Assembly: GCA_963711835.1 (NCBI GenBank)
Contig: CAVQFQ010000017.1
Location: 384,001-448,000, forward strand
Reading direction: 5' to 3'
Origin: an uncultured delta proteobacterium
GTDB taxonomy: Bacteria; Desulfobacterota; RBG-13-43-22
DNA: 64,000 nucleotides
Shown here: positions 18,473 to 28,903 of the stretch, piece after piece
Layout: every line of letters begins with the position of its first letter
How positions within the stretch are numbered: position 1 is the first letter of the stretch
Program-made: the position numbers and the translations under genes
Notes under the pieces: model-generated
The model's database searches: none
Seen by the model: the letters and a program-made list of their open reading frames with translations, nothing else
What the model was told of the DNA's origin: nothing

Positions 18473-19771
18473 TTAGAAGCCCCCGGGCAGCTCAGGCAAA
18501 ATAACGCCGCCCGAGGGAACCACCTGGACCTCGGGCTGAGGACAGAACCGGGCGCTGATGGCAAAGGCCTCTTTCAGATTTTCCGCAAAATGAAAGCCCA
18601 TCCTCTGGGCTGTTTCCCTCGGAATGTCCTCGGAAAGGAGGATGGTCTTGAATTTATCCTGGACGGCCAGGGTCATGGCCAGGGCCATATTAAAATCAAT
18701 GGCCCCCTCGGGCATGATCAGGCGTTTTCGATTAAAATGCTCCAGGACCCCTTTCAGAAGCTGATTCTTATAGCGGGCGTGAAACCGTTCGAAAGCGGCA
18801 ATAAAGGCCTCGGGAAGATTCCCGCTGCAATCAGCGGCCAGGATAATGCATCCTCCTTCACGCGTTATGAGGGAGGCCGGGGCCAAGGGTTTTACGATCT
18901 GGGGACCTTCCTTATAAGGAAAAGAAGTGATCAGGGTCAGATCCCCTTTTTTCAAAAATCGTTGGCTGGTGATCTTTTGGCAGGTTTTGATCCCGGCCAG
19001 ATGGGCCTGAACAGGGTCCCCGGCTACTACATCATAAACCTGGTCGTTCTGGTCTAAAACACTATTGACGATAAAATCAAGCCCGGCTGACCGGGCTATG
19101 AAACAGACCTCTTCATAGAACCGATTCCTTTCGATTTTTCCCAGACCTGTTCCTTCATGAAAGGTATAGGTCAGATGATGATCCAGGATGGCCTCGAAAT
19201 CGGCGACCCCGGGAAAGAGGATTTTTCCCCCGCCGCCGAAGCCGTTCATGGGATGAGGGAAGATGGACCCCAGACCGATTCGGAAGCCGGCCTGCCGCAC
19301 CAGCCGGTTGATCTTCACTTCCCGGCCGGTCTTTAACCGGGCGGCCGGCACCAGATCCGGAGCCCGGCAATCGTGATTGCTTATTTTATAACGCCTGAGT
19401 AAATCCCGACCAAAGGTGGCTTCCATTTCCTCGGAAGTCAAACCGCGGTGGGTGCCCAGGGCCAGAACAATGGAGATCCGGTCCTCAGGAAGACCGGCCT
19501 CAGCCAGCTCCTCTAAGAGGACCTTCAGGATCAAGGCCTTCGGGGACGGGCGGGTCAGGTCCTCGACCAGAATCGCAACCTTTTCCTCAGGGGGAAGGCT
19601 TTCCTTTAGGGGCAAGGCATTGATAGGCTTTCTCAAGGCCCGCCGGACAAGTTCGCCGACAGCCCTTTCTTCCGCCTTTCCGGTAAAACCGGCGAAGGTT
19701 AGAAGCTTCCAATCCGAAGGAAGCTGAAAGTGATGCCGTTTATGGCCATAGTTGATAAAAAGGTGTTCCAT
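18473..19771 (-). CDS. LarA-family nickel-pincer racemase/epimerase
   Basis: DLTRP, ALGTHR, NHDC, PHPMNGFGGGGKILFPG, VVAGD motifs of the lactate racemase family. Confidence 0.85.
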   Translation of the reverse strand: MEHLFINYGHKRHHFQLPSDWKLLTFAGFTGKAEERAVGELVRRALRKPINALPLKESLPPEEKVAILVEDLTRPSPKALILKVLLEELAEAGLPEDRISIVLALGTHRGLTSEEMEATFGRDLLRRYKISNHDCRAPDLVPAARLKTGREVKINRLVRQAGFRIGLGSIFPHPMNGFGGGGKILFPGVADFEAILDHHLTYTFHEGTGLGKIERNRFYEEVCFIARSAGLDFIVNSVLDQNDQVYDVVAGDPVQAHLAGIKTCQKITSQRFLKKGDLTLITSFPYKEGPQIVKPLAPASLITREGGCIILAADCSGNLPEAFIAAFERFHARYKNQLLKGVLEHFNRKRLIMPEGAIDFNMALAMTLAVQDKFKTILLSEDIPRETAQRMGFHFAENLKEAFAISARFCPQPEVQVVPSGGVILPELPGGF

Positions 19772-19775
19772 GCCC

Positions 19776-20516
19776 CTAAACCCCTTGTTCCAGGATCCTT
19801 TTGATTTCCGGTCCCTGCCGCTGATAGAGGTCATCAATCTGTTCTTTTAAGGAGGCCCGGATTTCCCGAAGAGGAGGCAGCGGGTCTAAGGAAGGGATCC
19901 CCGCCTGGGAAAGGTCAAGAGGCCGGAGGAGTAATTTTTTTTCCAATTCCGGCACGGCCCTGGGATCCGTATTCTGACCCAGGACCCCTTTGAGATCGTC
20001 GCTATTTTCAATGGCTTTAGTAAGAGATAAAATCTCGGCCAGGTTGTAACAGCCATTAAATTTTCCCAGATCCTCGTTGAATAAACCCACCCCCTTCTGA
20101 AGCGTTTTAAATTCCTCATGGATCGAACCTGCCTTGATAACCGCCGCATCATACAAGGTCATAATCAGCTTCTTATAGCGTCCCCGGCGCGTCAAGGCCA
20201 GGGGAGGCCTGCCGGTCCCGGCCGCCTGATGGGTCGGGCCCTGGCGGTCCGCTTCCTCCAGGGGTCCAATCAGATCTTCCCGGTTAATCAGACTTAAAAA
20301 AGCCCGGCCGGCCTCGCCCCCGGTCAATAAGCGGTAGATCCTGAGCAGCAGGGGCCGGACCTCCTGTTCCCAGGACCGTTGCAGTTTTTCCCCCCTTCGA
20401 ATCAGGTCCTCCCGTTCTTCTTCCAGGTCCTTTCGGCCTCCGAAATAGTTTTCGGCTATTTCCTTTTTGACCTGATAGGCTAAAGCTGCCGCGATGTCGC
20501 CGACTTCAGGGGACAT
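19776..20516 (-). CDS. Hypothetical helical protein
   Basis: 246-aa ORF tightly packed between co-oriented genes; no recognised motif. Confidence 0.7.
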   Translation of the reverse strand: MSPEVGDIAAALAYQVKKEIAENYFGGRKDLEEEREDLIRRGEKLQRSWEQEVRPLLLRIYRLLTGGEAGRAFLSLINREDLIGPLEEADRQGPTHQAAGTGRPPLALTRRGRYKKLIMTLYDAAVIKAGSIHEEFKTLQKGVGLFNEDLGKFNGCYNLAEILSLTKAIENSDDLKGVLGQNTDPRAVPELEKKLLLRPLDLSQAGIPSLDPLPPLREIRASLKEQIDDLYQRQGPEIKRILEQGV

Positions 20517-20519
20517 AAA

Positions 20520-21524
20520 TTATTCCTGGGTCCTCGGCAACCCAGCCAACGACAGCCCTTCCTTCCAAAGCACCAGGAGGCCCATCCCGGTCATGGGGAT
20601 AAAGTTGGTCAACCAGAGGACCATGGCAAAGCTTTTGGCCAGGTTGGGTTCCACCCCCAGGAAGAGCAGGCCGGCGGCACAGGCCCAGTGATAGGTGCCG
20701 ATAAAACCCGGGGCGGAAGGAATGCTGACCCCGAAAACCAAAATAGTCTCTACAAAAAAAGCCGATAATAAAGAAAGCTTCAGATGAAAGCCCAGATAGA
20801 GCAGGTAGATGGAGAAAGAAAGAACGCCCCAGAGTAGAAAGGAATAGAGGATGATGATAAGGATGTCCTTATCTTTTTTCAAGACCTCAAGACCGCTGAC
20901 AAAGGAATGGATCTTTTCCCAGACGGGCCGGGAAATACGCTGGGGCAATCGTTCCAGGAAAAATCCGATCAGCCGCCTGGCCTGGTCATTCTGAAACCGC
21001 AACAGGAGCAGGATCGTCAGGATCAGGGCATAGAAAAGGAAGCTGAGAAACCCGATCATCTTAAGGGTCTCCGGGGTAATCATCCGGCTCCGGTCCTGGG
21101 GCGGGAAGGGCATGAAGAGAAGGACCATAAAAAATAAGAACAAGATGGTGAAGCCGTCAAACAAACGCTCCACCACGATGGTGGCCAAAGAGGCGGTCCG
21201 GCTGATCCGGGCCCGGCTGCCCAGGAGATAGGCCCTGACGATTTCGCCGATCCGGGCCGGGAGGAGGTTGTTGGCCATAAAGCCGATGGCCGTGGCTTTA
21301 TAAAGTTCGTTGAGAGGCACTTTCTTGATGGGCCGCAACAGAACCCCCCAGCGGATGGCTCTTATCCAGAGGGTCAGGATATTAATGGCCATCAAAAGCA
21401 GGGTATAACGGTAATCAACGCTTTCGAAGATGGCCCACATGGCGCCGAGGTCGGTCTTCCTGAAAAAAAGTATCAGGAAAATCAGACTCACGGCCAGTCC
21501 AATCCAATAGCTCTGTTTTTTCAT
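20520..21524 (-). CDS. Lysylphosphatidylglycerol synthase TM / flippase-like protein (UPF0104)
   Basis: RA.RW..LL, IGFMANNLLPARIGE, VERLFD, PSAPGFIG. Confidence 0.88.
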   Translation of the reverse strand: MKKQSYWIGLAVSLIFLILFFRKTDLGAMWAIFESVDYRYTLLLMAINILTLWIRAIRWGVLLRPIKKVPLNELYKATAIGFMANNLLPARIGEIVRAYLLGSRARISRTASLATIVVERLFDGFTILFLFFMVLLFMPFPPQDRSRMITPETLKMIGFLSFLFYALILTILLLLRFQNDQARRLIGFFLERLPQRISRPVWEKIHSFVSGLEVLKKDKDILIIILYSFLLWGVLSFSIYLLYLGFHLKLSLLSAFFVETILVFGVSIPSAPGFIGTYHWACAAGLLFLGVEPNLAKSFAMVLWLTNFIPMTGMGLLVLWKEGLSLAGLPRTQE

Positions 21525-21627
21525 CGGGGTATCCGACAGCCAGGATGCTTCGGACTTAAAAGTCCGGTGTTTAAGACCGGGGAGGGGAAACCTGGGGCGG
21601 GAAGAAAAAGAATTTTTCCGCATCCGG

Positions 21628-22767
21628 TTAATGACCCAGGGACAGGCGCCTCACCCGGCCGCAAACCGTTTCAATCTGATCCTGGGATAGGGTCAAGCCG
21701 GAAGGCAGATAAAGCCCTTGCTCGGCAAGTCTCTCCGCAACCGGGAAGGGTCCAAAGCATCGGGCCTTCAGAGCCCCCCCCTGGAAAAGAGGCTGGCGAT
21801 GCATGGGTATAAAAAAAGAACGGGTTTCAACGCCTCTTTCCAACAACCGGACCATGAGCTGATCTCGGGACAACCCAAAGGCCGGATCAATCAGGATCCC
21901 ATACATCCAGTAGACATTCTTGGCCCAGGGTTTCTCGATGGGCAAGGTTAAGCCAGGAATCCCCTTTAACCCTGACCGGTAATGCCGGGCCATCCGGCGT
22001 TTCTTCCGGATATGACTGGTGATCTTTTTTAGCTGGGCCACTCCGATAGCCGCCTGCAGATTGGTCAAGCGGTAATTGAAACCCAGCTCGGAATGCAGAA
22101 AGCGTCGGCCGGGGATATGGGAAAGGTCTTTCAGAGAGCGGGCCCTTTCGGCCAGGGCCGGGTCATCGGTCACCACCATACCGCCCTCTCCGGTGGTGAT
22201 GATCTTGTTGGCATAGAAGCTGAAACAGCCCAGGTGGCCCAGGCTGCCGCATTTTTTCCCTTTGTATTCGGCCCCATGGGCTTCGGCCGCATCCTCGATC
22301 AGGAGCAGGTTATATTTTTTCGCCAGGTCCAGCAGAGGATCCATATCGACCGGATGGCCGTACATATGAACCGGGATAATCGCCTTGACTTTAAGCTTGC
22401 CCCTTTTCCCCTGCCGTTGGAGATAGGCGGCCGCCCGGTCCGGATTGATATTAAAGGTTTCCGGCTCCGAATCGATAAAGACCGGGGCGGCCCCGCAGTA
22501 GCAGACCGCAAAGGCCGTGGCGGCCATGGTAAAGGTGGGCAGCAAAACCTCATCCCCTGGCCCCACCCCCGCGGCCGCCAGGGCCAGGTGCAGGGCCGTG
22601 GTACCGCTGGTGGTGCTGATGCCAAAGCGCACCCCGCAGTAGCGGGCGAATTGCTCTTCAAAGATCCTCAGGTACTTGCCCTGGGAAGATATCCAGTTTG
22701 TTTTTAGGCAGGAAGCGACCTTGCGCCCTTCCTCTCGGCCCAGTAAGGGTTCGTTGACCCGGATCAT
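21628..22767 (-). CDS. DegT/DnrJ/EryC1/StrS aminotransferase, perosamine synthase-like (copy 1)
   Basis: SGTTALH, EDAAEAHG, FSFYANKIITTGEGG, GFNYRLTNLQAA. Confidence 0.92.
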   Translation of the reverse strand: MIRVNEPLLGREEGRKVASCLKTNWISSQGKYLRIFEEQFARYCGVRFGISTTSGTTALHLALAAAGVGPGDEVLLPTFTMAATAFAVCYCGAAPVFIDSEPETFNINPDRAAAYLQRQGKRGKLKVKAIIPVHMYGHPVDMDPLLDLAKKYNLLLIEDAAEAHGAEYKGKKCGSLGHLGCFSFYANKIITTGEGGMVVTDDPALAERARSLKDLSHIPGRRFLHSELGFNYRLTNLQAAIGVAQLKKITSHIRKKRRMARHYRSGLKGIPGLTLPIEKPWAKNVYWMYGILIDPAFGLSRDQLMVRLLERGVETRSFFIPMHRQPLFQGGALKARCFGPFPVAERLAEQGLYLPSGLTLSQDQIETVCGRVRRLSLGH

Positions 22768-23174
22768 GTCGGTCCGAAAAACTCCTTATCTTCCACCCCG
22801 GCATAGGGACCCTGTTTAACCTCCAGAATTTTACTGGGGGTCAGGATTTTGATGCCGTGGCCGCCGTAAGCCAGGAGGATGGTATCTCCCTGGTTCAGGA
22901 TGCGGGAGGTGAGATAGTGCTTGTTTTCATCGTAGAGGGTGATCTCAAGGCTTCCCTCAATGATGTGCAGCACCTCCTGGGTAACCCGCACATCCCGGGC
23001 AATCACTTTGTGGATATGGGGAGAAACCGAATGGCCCGGCGGATGGACGATGATCCCGAGCTGTTGAGAAAACTCAAAGGGGCTGAAAAAATGGACGCCC
23101 GTTTCGGCGAATGCTTTTCTGACGATAATAGCAATGGGTTTATCGTCGCCCTGAATACGCTCAACTGTTTCCAT
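22764..23174 (-). CDS. Cupin-like hypothetical protein
   Basis: PHIH...TQEVL...GDTILL..GGHG...EVKQGPY, His/Glu spacing typical of cupins. Confidence 0.7.
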   Translation of the reverse strand: METVERIQGDDKPIAIIVRKAFAETGVHFFSPFEFSQQLGIIVHPPGHSVSPHIHKVIARDVRVTQEVLHIIEGSLEITLYDENKHYLTSRILNQGDTILLAYGGHGIKILTPSKILEVKQGPYAGVEDKEFFGPT

Positions 23175-23362
23175 CCTTCTCTCCATTAATACGCCGATTA
23201 AAAAGACCTTTCTGTCTTTGGCGGTCCGACCCAATGGCTATCAGGGTCTTCATGAGCAGCCGGTCAAATCGGACCTGGTCGGCCTTCTGTTCCTTGCGGC
23301 CCAAACGACCTCGATGCCCCGGCCGCTGGGCAGGATAACCCGGGCTCAAAAGCGAACCGGGG

Positions 23363-24424
23363 TTACATCCGCATGGCCCGGGTCAGTATATTCATATCAT
23401 TGGGATAGTTAAGGGCATCCCAGGGGAATATTTCCCCCTTTTGCCAGCGCTGCCAGCGCTGCAGGTCTTCCTCGACCATAATCCGGACCAATTCCTTAAA
23501 GCGCACCTCGGGTTTCCAGCCCAATTTTTTACGGGCCTTCGAATAATCCCCTTGGAGGAAATTCACATCAATGGGCCGTAAAAAGCGTTTGTCCTTTTTG
23601 ACATATTTTTTCCAGTTCAGGCCGACCACCTCAAAGGCCTGTTGCACAAACTCTTCCACCGAATGGGATTCATTAGTGGCCACCACATAATCATCAGGTT
23701 TCGAATGCTGCAGCATCAGCCACATGGATTTTACGTAATCTCCGGCAAAACCCCAATCCCTTTTGGTCGAGAGGTTGCCCAGACACAATTCCTTTTCCAA
23801 GCCGATGGCAATCTTGGCCACCGTATTGGTAATCTTTCGAGTCACAAACTCCAGACCTCGCAGAGGGGATTCGTGATTGAAAAGTATACCGTTGACGGCA
23901 AAAATACCATAACCTTCGCGATAGATCTTGGTAATCCAGTAGCCGTAGATTTTGGCCGCCGCATAAGGGCTGGCCGGCTGAAAGGGCGAGGATTCATTCA
24001 GGAGTTTTTTCCCGTGGTTGCCGTATAATTCGCTGGTGGAAGCCTGGTAAAATTTGATCTTGGGATTGACCTGGCGAATCACTTCCAGAATGCGGGGCAC
24101 GGCCAGGCCGGAAACATTGGCCGTGCTCATCGGTTCTTCAAAGGAAGCGCCCACAAAACTCTGGGCCGCCAAGTTGTACACTTCATCGGGCTGGGAACTG
24201 ATGATCGCTTCGGTTATGGAGGCCGTATCAATTAATTCCACAGGAATCAGACTGATCTTGTCAAAAATATTCAAGGACTGCATCCGCCAGAAATTCGGAG
24301 TGGACAGTCTCCGGAAGGTCCCAAAAACCTGATAGTCTCTCTCCAAGAGAAACCTGGCCAGGTAGGCTCCGTCTTGTCCGGTTACCCCTGTAATTAAAAC
24401 GCGTTTTTTGATGGGTTTATTCAT
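23363..24424 (-). CDS. gmd: GDP-mannose 4,6-dehydratase
   Basis: TGVTGQDGAYLA, LAAQSFV, QASTSE, SPYAAAK, LFNHESPLRG, RDWG. Confidence 0.96.
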   Translation of the reverse strand: MNKPIKKRVLITGVTGQDGAYLARFLLERDYQVFGTFRRLSTPNFWRMQSLNIFDKISLIPVELIDTASITEAIISSQPDEVYNLAAQSFVGASFEEPMSTANVSGLAVPRILEVIRQVNPKIKFYQASTSELYGNHGKKLLNESSPFQPASPYAAAKIYGYWITKIYREGYGIFAVNGILFNHESPLRGLEFVTRKITNTVAKIAIGLEKELCLGNLSTKRDWGFAGDYVKSMWLMLQHSKPDDYVVATNESHSVEEFVQQAFEVVGLNWKKYVKKDKRFLRPIDVNFLQGDYSKARKKLGWKPEVRFKELVRIMVEEDLQRWQRWQKGEIFPWDALNYPNDMNILTRAMRM

Positions 24425-24553
24425 GAAGCTTTCCTTTCTTTATTCCGAGCTCCCCCCGGACGGTCTTGGTCTTGGGCCGACCGTTTTCTTAATTCCCGTC
24501 CCGGTTGAGGGCACCCATCGGCCAGGCCGGCAGTGCCGGCATGTAAGCGGGGC

Positions 24554-25258
24554 TCAAAACCCAAGCCGCAACCTGACGATGGTAGCCAGGTATTTTCTTC
24601 CCCGGGAAAGATATCCCCAGAGATGGGTGGCTGTTTTGGATTCGCCGGAGCGTCGTGGCAGGCACCGGTAAGGAATTTCCTTGATCCGATATCCCCGTTT
24701 ATAAGCCCGGTAAATAAGGTCAATAAAATACTCGCCGTAATCTCCCCGTAAGGGAAGGGCCTCGAGTACTTCGCGGCGAGCGCCGATATAGCCGCTGGTA
24801 TAATCTTTGATAGCGGGGCTTAGAACCCAGGAGGATAGGGCGCAGATAACCCGGCTCAAAAATGAACCCAAAGGGGAATGCCCCCGCTCTTCACCCCCGG
24901 TGATATAACGAGAGGCCATGGCGATATCATGGTCGTCCAAGGCCCGCAACAGTTCAGGGATCTTATCCGGGGGCATGGAGAAATCGCAATCCATCCAGAA
25001 GATGGTCTCGCCTTGCGATAAGTGTATACCTTCCTGCAAGGCGGAAGTCAAACCCTTCCGCCCGATCCGCCTCAGCAGCCGGACCCTCGCGTCCTGCCGT
25101 CCAAAGGCCTCCACCGCCTCCCAGGTCCGGTCAGGAGAATCATCATCGACCACAAGGATCTCGGTCTCCCGGGGAACATAAGATAGGATCTCCTCAATCA
25201 GAGGGATGATATTATCGGCTTCATTGTAGGTTGGGAGGACGACGGATACCTTGACCAT
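24554..25258 (-). CDS. GT2 polyprenol-phosphate sugar synthase (Dpm1/Ppm1-like)
   Basis: LPTYNE, VDDDSPD, MDCDFS, DYTSGY, R..GESK. Confidence 0.9.
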   Translation of the reverse strand: MVKVSVVLPTYNEADNIIPLIEEILSYVPRETEILVVDDDSPDRTWEAVEAFGRQDARVRLLRRIGRKGLTSALQEGIHLSQGETIFWMDCDFSMPPDKIPELLRALDDHDIAMASRYITGGEERGHSPLGSFLSRVICALSSWVLSPAIKDYTSGYIGARREVLEALPLRGDYGEYFIDLIYRAYKRGYRIKEIPYRCLPRRSGESKTATHLWGYLSRGRKYLATIVRLRLGF

Positions 25259-25403
25259 ACCTTGGGGCCCCTAGTGAAACGCTCCTCAAACCCGGCCTGT
25301 CCGGGCAATCCTTTAGCCTTCATCAGATAACCCTGCCAGGATGCCAAGCGGCCCCTCATTTTCAGGGGATCATCACCTTTGATTGGGATGCGCTGTCAGG
25401 GAT

Positions 25404-25437
25404 AATTTTAGGGACAAACTCTAATTTTAGAGGCAGC
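25404..25437. repeat. Collapsed copy of element A (both flanks joined, interior absent)
   Basis: Reverse complement gctgcctctaaaattagagtttgtccctaaaatt matches 10698-10725 joined to 11043-11053 through shared tccc. Confidence 0.6.
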
Positions 25438-25439
25438 TT

Positions 25440-26852
25440 TTAACGGTACTTTTCCTGTTTAAATAATAAGAGTAGAAAGATAAAACCCTTACGGATAAGC
25501 TCCCAGGATTTATTGGGATTGAAGACCATAGTCATATAGCGGAAAAGGATCTTGGGTTGGAGATAAAACTGGCGGTAGATCCCTTTTACGGCTGCCTGCA
25601 GCTCTTCAGCCGAGATGCCCGGTGGGGTATACCCAACCCGGTAAAGGTCCATATCTTTCCAGCGGACGACCCGATCGCCGATAAGGTCCTGAAAGGCCTT
25701 GGAACCTGGAATGGGGGCAAAGAAACTGATGTGAAGGTCGTCGAGAGGGATCCGTTTAATGAGCGCCTTGGTTTCGGCAATCGAGGCTTGGTCTTCCGGA
25801 GGAGAGCCGACGATGAGATAGGCCCGGATTCGTATCCCCCATTTGTGGGTCAGGCGAACGGCCTTTTCAATATCGGGTACGCTGATTTTCTTATTAAAAT
25901 AGTCCAGGATCCTCTGAGAGCCGGTTTCAATGCCATAGGAAATCTGCCAACAACCGGAGGCCTTCATCATCCGCAGGGAGTCATCGGTTACGGTATCAAT
26001 ACGGCTTTCACAGGACCAGGACACCCGGACCTTGGCCCGGTCCAGCTCCTGAACGAAGGCCATCAGCCGCTGCTTGTTATAGGTAAACAAATCATCATAG
26101 AAGCTGACTTCCCGGACCCCATACCGTTCCTGATAGAACCGAATCATGTCCACCACGTACTGGGGAGAGAAGGCCCGAACCCGATGGCCGAAAACGCTCT
26201 GATCGCAGAAGGTGCAAGAAAAAGGACAGCCCCTGGAGGTGACCAGAGAAACCACCGGCTTTTTGAGGTAATTGTTCGGTGTCGGTTGGTACAAGTCCGG
26301 GAAACCCTCCAGGAGGTCCAGGGCCGGGTAGGGCAGTTGATCCAAATCCCGGATCTGAGCGCGCTTCTTGGTCAGGACCGGTTGCCCCTGATCCCGGAAG
26401 ACAAGCCCATCGACCTCATGGTAATCCCGGCCGGGATCTTCCATCAATTCCAGCAGCGTGTCCTCGCCCTCGCCGACGACCCCCAGGTCAAAGGCAGGAA
26501 ATTCTTCCATGGTCTGGATCGGCATGGCCGACATATGGGAGCCGCCGATGATGGTGGTCACCTGTTCTAAGCGGGCCTTTATTTTTTGAGCACACTGATG
26601 GGCACTTTCGATGAAGGAGGTCGTGGCCGTAATCCCCACAAAATCAGGGCCGATTCGGCCGACCAGATCGACCACCGCCTCGGGGGAAATACCCCGGTTC
26701 AAGGCATCGATTAGAAAGACCGGGTGCCCTTTGGCCCGGAGATAAGCGGCCAGGCTGCACAACCCGAGAGGGGGAAGTTTACTGCCCAGTTTGACCTCCC
26801 AATAAAAATCCTTGAGATCAATGGGTGGATTAATAAGACAAATTTTCTTCAC
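25440..26852 (-). CDS. Cobalamin-binding radical SAM protein (class B type)
   Basis: PPLGL..LAAYL and IIGG.H B12 domain; SRGCPFSCTFC cluster motif; YGIETGS. Confidence 0.92.
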   Translation of the reverse strand: MKKICLINPPIDLKDFYWEVKLGSKLPPLGLCSLAAYLRAKGHPVFLIDALNRGISPEAVVDLVGRIGPDFVGITATTSFIESAHQCAQKIKARLEQVTTIIGGSHMSAMPIQTMEEFPAFDLGVVGEGEDTLLELMEDPGRDYHEVDGLVFRDQGQPVLTKKRAQIRDLDQLPYPALDLLEGFPDLYQPTPNNYLKKPVVSLVTSRGCPFSCTFCDQSVFGHRVRAFSPQYVVDMIRFYQERYGVREVSFYDDLFTYNKQRLMAFVQELDRAKVRVSWSCESRIDTVTDDSLRMMKASGCWQISYGIETGSQRILDYFNKKISVPDIEKAVRLTHKWGIRIRAYLIVGSPPEDQASIAETKALIKRIPLDDLHISFFAPIPGSKAFQDLIGDRVVRWKDMDLYRVGYTPPGISAEELQAAVKGIYRQFYLQPKILFRYMTMVFNPNKSWELIRKGFIFLLLLFKQEKYR

Positions 26853-26858
26853 AGGTGT

Positions 26859-27644
26859 TTACTCCTTTGGCCCCCCGCTTTCCACTTTCTGAAAGCGGTT
26901 ATACTTCCGCAGGAGATAAGCGATTCGGAACAGAAATAATAATTCGGAGAGAATGGTAAAGGATCCTTTAAAAAAGGGTAATTTGGTTTTACCCTTTTGC
27001 CGCCAGCGATAGGGCGTTATAACCTCCTTAGCGGGCAAACCCAGCTTGGTTACCAGGACAAAAACAGGGATTCCGTAAAGGACCCGGGAAAACGGGTTGA
27101 GGTCATATTGGCCCCCCAACTCCCGCACGGCAATCAGATGTTCCCGGGATATGGCGATGTAGCCGTTGGTATGATCATTAATCCCAGTCTGGACCAGGTG
27201 TTTGGTGGTAAAGTTAACAATCCGGGTGGCGAGATGGCGGATCCAACTGGTTGTAATACTGGAACCCTTGACAAATCGGCTTCCGGCGGCCACATAGCCT
27301 TCTCTTACGGCAGCCAACATCATCGGGAGATGGTCCGGCGGATGGGATAAGTCGGCATCCATAGTAACGATGATCGTTCCCCGGGCGTTATTTATACCCC
27401 GTTCGTAAGCGCTGGCAATCCCGAATTTTCCAAAGCGGGCGATCAGGCGGATATTTCCGAACCGGGCAGCCAGACCCCGCACCGCCTCCCCGGTTCCGTC
27501 CTTGCTGTTGTCATCGACCACAATGATTTCTCCCCGCAGTCCCTCGGCCTGAAAAACGGCTTCGACAGTCTGGATCAGGTCGGCAACATTTTCGCGTTCA
27601 TTGTAAGTTACCGTTACGACGGAGACGTCCAGCCTATCGTCCAT
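26859..27644 (-). CDS. GT2 polyprenol-phosphate sugar synthase-like (copy 2)
   Basis: VTYNE, VDDNSKDGT, MDADLSH, GSRF, DHTNGY. Confidence 0.88.
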   Translation of the reverse strand: MDDRLDVSVVTVTYNERENVADLIQTVEAVFQAEGLRGEIIVVDDNSKDGTGEAVRGLAARFGNIRLIARFGKFGIASAYERGINNARGTIIVTMDADLSHPPDHLPMMLAAVREGYVAAGSRFVKGSSITTSWIRHLATRIVNFTTKHLVQTGINDHTNGYIAISREHLIAVRELGGQYDLNPFSRVLYGIPVFVLVTKLGLPAKEVITPYRWRQKGKTKLPFFKGSFTILSELLFLFRIAYLLRKYNRFQKVESGGPKE

Positions 27645-28740
27645 AAAGCCCCTCACGGATCATTTCGGCCAGATAGTCCAGATCCTCCGGTTGGAGACGG
27701 GGGGAACAACTGACATAGAAGCCGTTAAGACCTATCTGCTCGGCGACGGGAAACAGCTCCGGATAAGGGCCGAAGCGTTTTTCGAAAAAGGGCTGGCGGG
27801 ACATGGGTCCGAACATGGGTCGGGTTTCAATCCCCTTCTCGTTCAGAAAACGACAGAGGGCATCACGTCGGTTGGGCTTCTTCAAGAGGATGGGATAACT
27901 GAAATAGATAGGCTCGGCATAGCCCATCTCCCTGGGCAACTGAAGCTCCTCCAGGTCAGCCAGTTTCCCGTTCAAAACAGCGGCATTCTCCCGCCTTTTT
28001 TCAATGCTTTTAGGAAGCTTATCCATCTGAGCCAGGCCGATGGCCGCCTGGACATTGCTTAATTTGAAATTGTGCCCGTAGAGTATGTGGTAAAAAGGCC
28101 GGTCCGGATCCTGGCCATGATGGCGAATGATCCGGGCCAGTTGAGCCAGTTGGGCGTCCTGAGTCACCAGCATGCCCCCCTCGCCGGTAGTAATCATCTT
28201 GTTGGCATAAAAAGAGAAACAGCCGGCGGATCCCAGGGTGCTGACATAACGGCCCCGGTATTTTGCCCCCATGGCCACGGCACAATCCTCAATGATAGGC
28301 AGTCGATATTTCTCGGCTAAGCCCCGGATAGGATCCATATCACAAGGATGGCCATAGAGATGAACCGGCAACAAAGCGCCTGTCTGCTCGGTAATATGGG
28401 ACTCGATCTGTCCCGCATCTATATTATAGGTGGCCTCTTCCACCTCGACAAAAATTGGTTTGCAGCCGGCGTGTAAAATGGCATTCAGGGTAGGCACACA
28501 GGAAGCCACGGAAGTGACAATTTCTTTTCCCTCCAGATCCAGGGCCCGCAGGGCGACCTCCACGGCCGCTGTCCCGGAAGACACGGCAACGCCCTGTCCG
28601 GCCCCCAGATAATCGGCCACTCGTCTTTCAAATTCCTCCACCTCCGGACCACGGGCCAGCCAGCCTGATCGGACCACTGCGGCTACCGCCTGCACTTCCG
28701 CTTCGTCAATCCAAGGTTCGGATACCGGTATTTTTCTCAT
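27634..28740 (-). CDS. DegT-family aminotransferase, perosamine synthase-like (copy 2)
   Basis: SSGTAA, VHLYG, EDCA, FSFYANKMITTGEGG. Confidence 0.92.
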   Translation of the reverse strand: MRKIPVSEPWIDEAEVQAVAAVVRSGWLARGPEVEEFERRVADYLGAGQGVAVSSGTAAVEVALRALDLEGKEIVTSVASCVPTLNAILHAGCKPIFVEVEEATYNIDAGQIESHITEQTGALLPVHLYGHPCDMDPIRGLAEKYRLPIIEDCAVAMGAKYRGRYVSTLGSAGCFSFYANKMITTGEGGMLVTQDAQLAQLARIIRHHGQDPDRPFYHILYGHNFKLSNVQAAIGLAQMDKLPKSIEKRRENAAVLNGKLADLEELQLPREMGYAEPIYFSYPILLKKPNRRDALCRFLNEKGIETRPMFGPMSRQPFFEKRFGPYPELFPVAEQIGLNGFYVSCSPRLQPEDLDYLAEMIREGLYGR

Positions 28741-28903
28741 AGTAGAATAGTCCCTAAATTAGGATTCAGCAGCATGAGCGATGCCTAATATAAAGCGGAT
28801 GAAAAGTCAAGTTTTCTTTTTTAGTCAGACAGATAGCTCAATGGGCGCCTTCGAGCCGGAAGGCAATCGCCCGCGATCTATCGGTGAACCGCCGGCCAAG
28901 CCC

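Noticed and set aside
25557-26570. 337-aa plus-strand ORF and similar long antisense ORFs (532-1410, 42055-42807, 44225-44995, 54336-55058)
   Set aside because: Shadow frames of well-supported genes, with no motifs of their own
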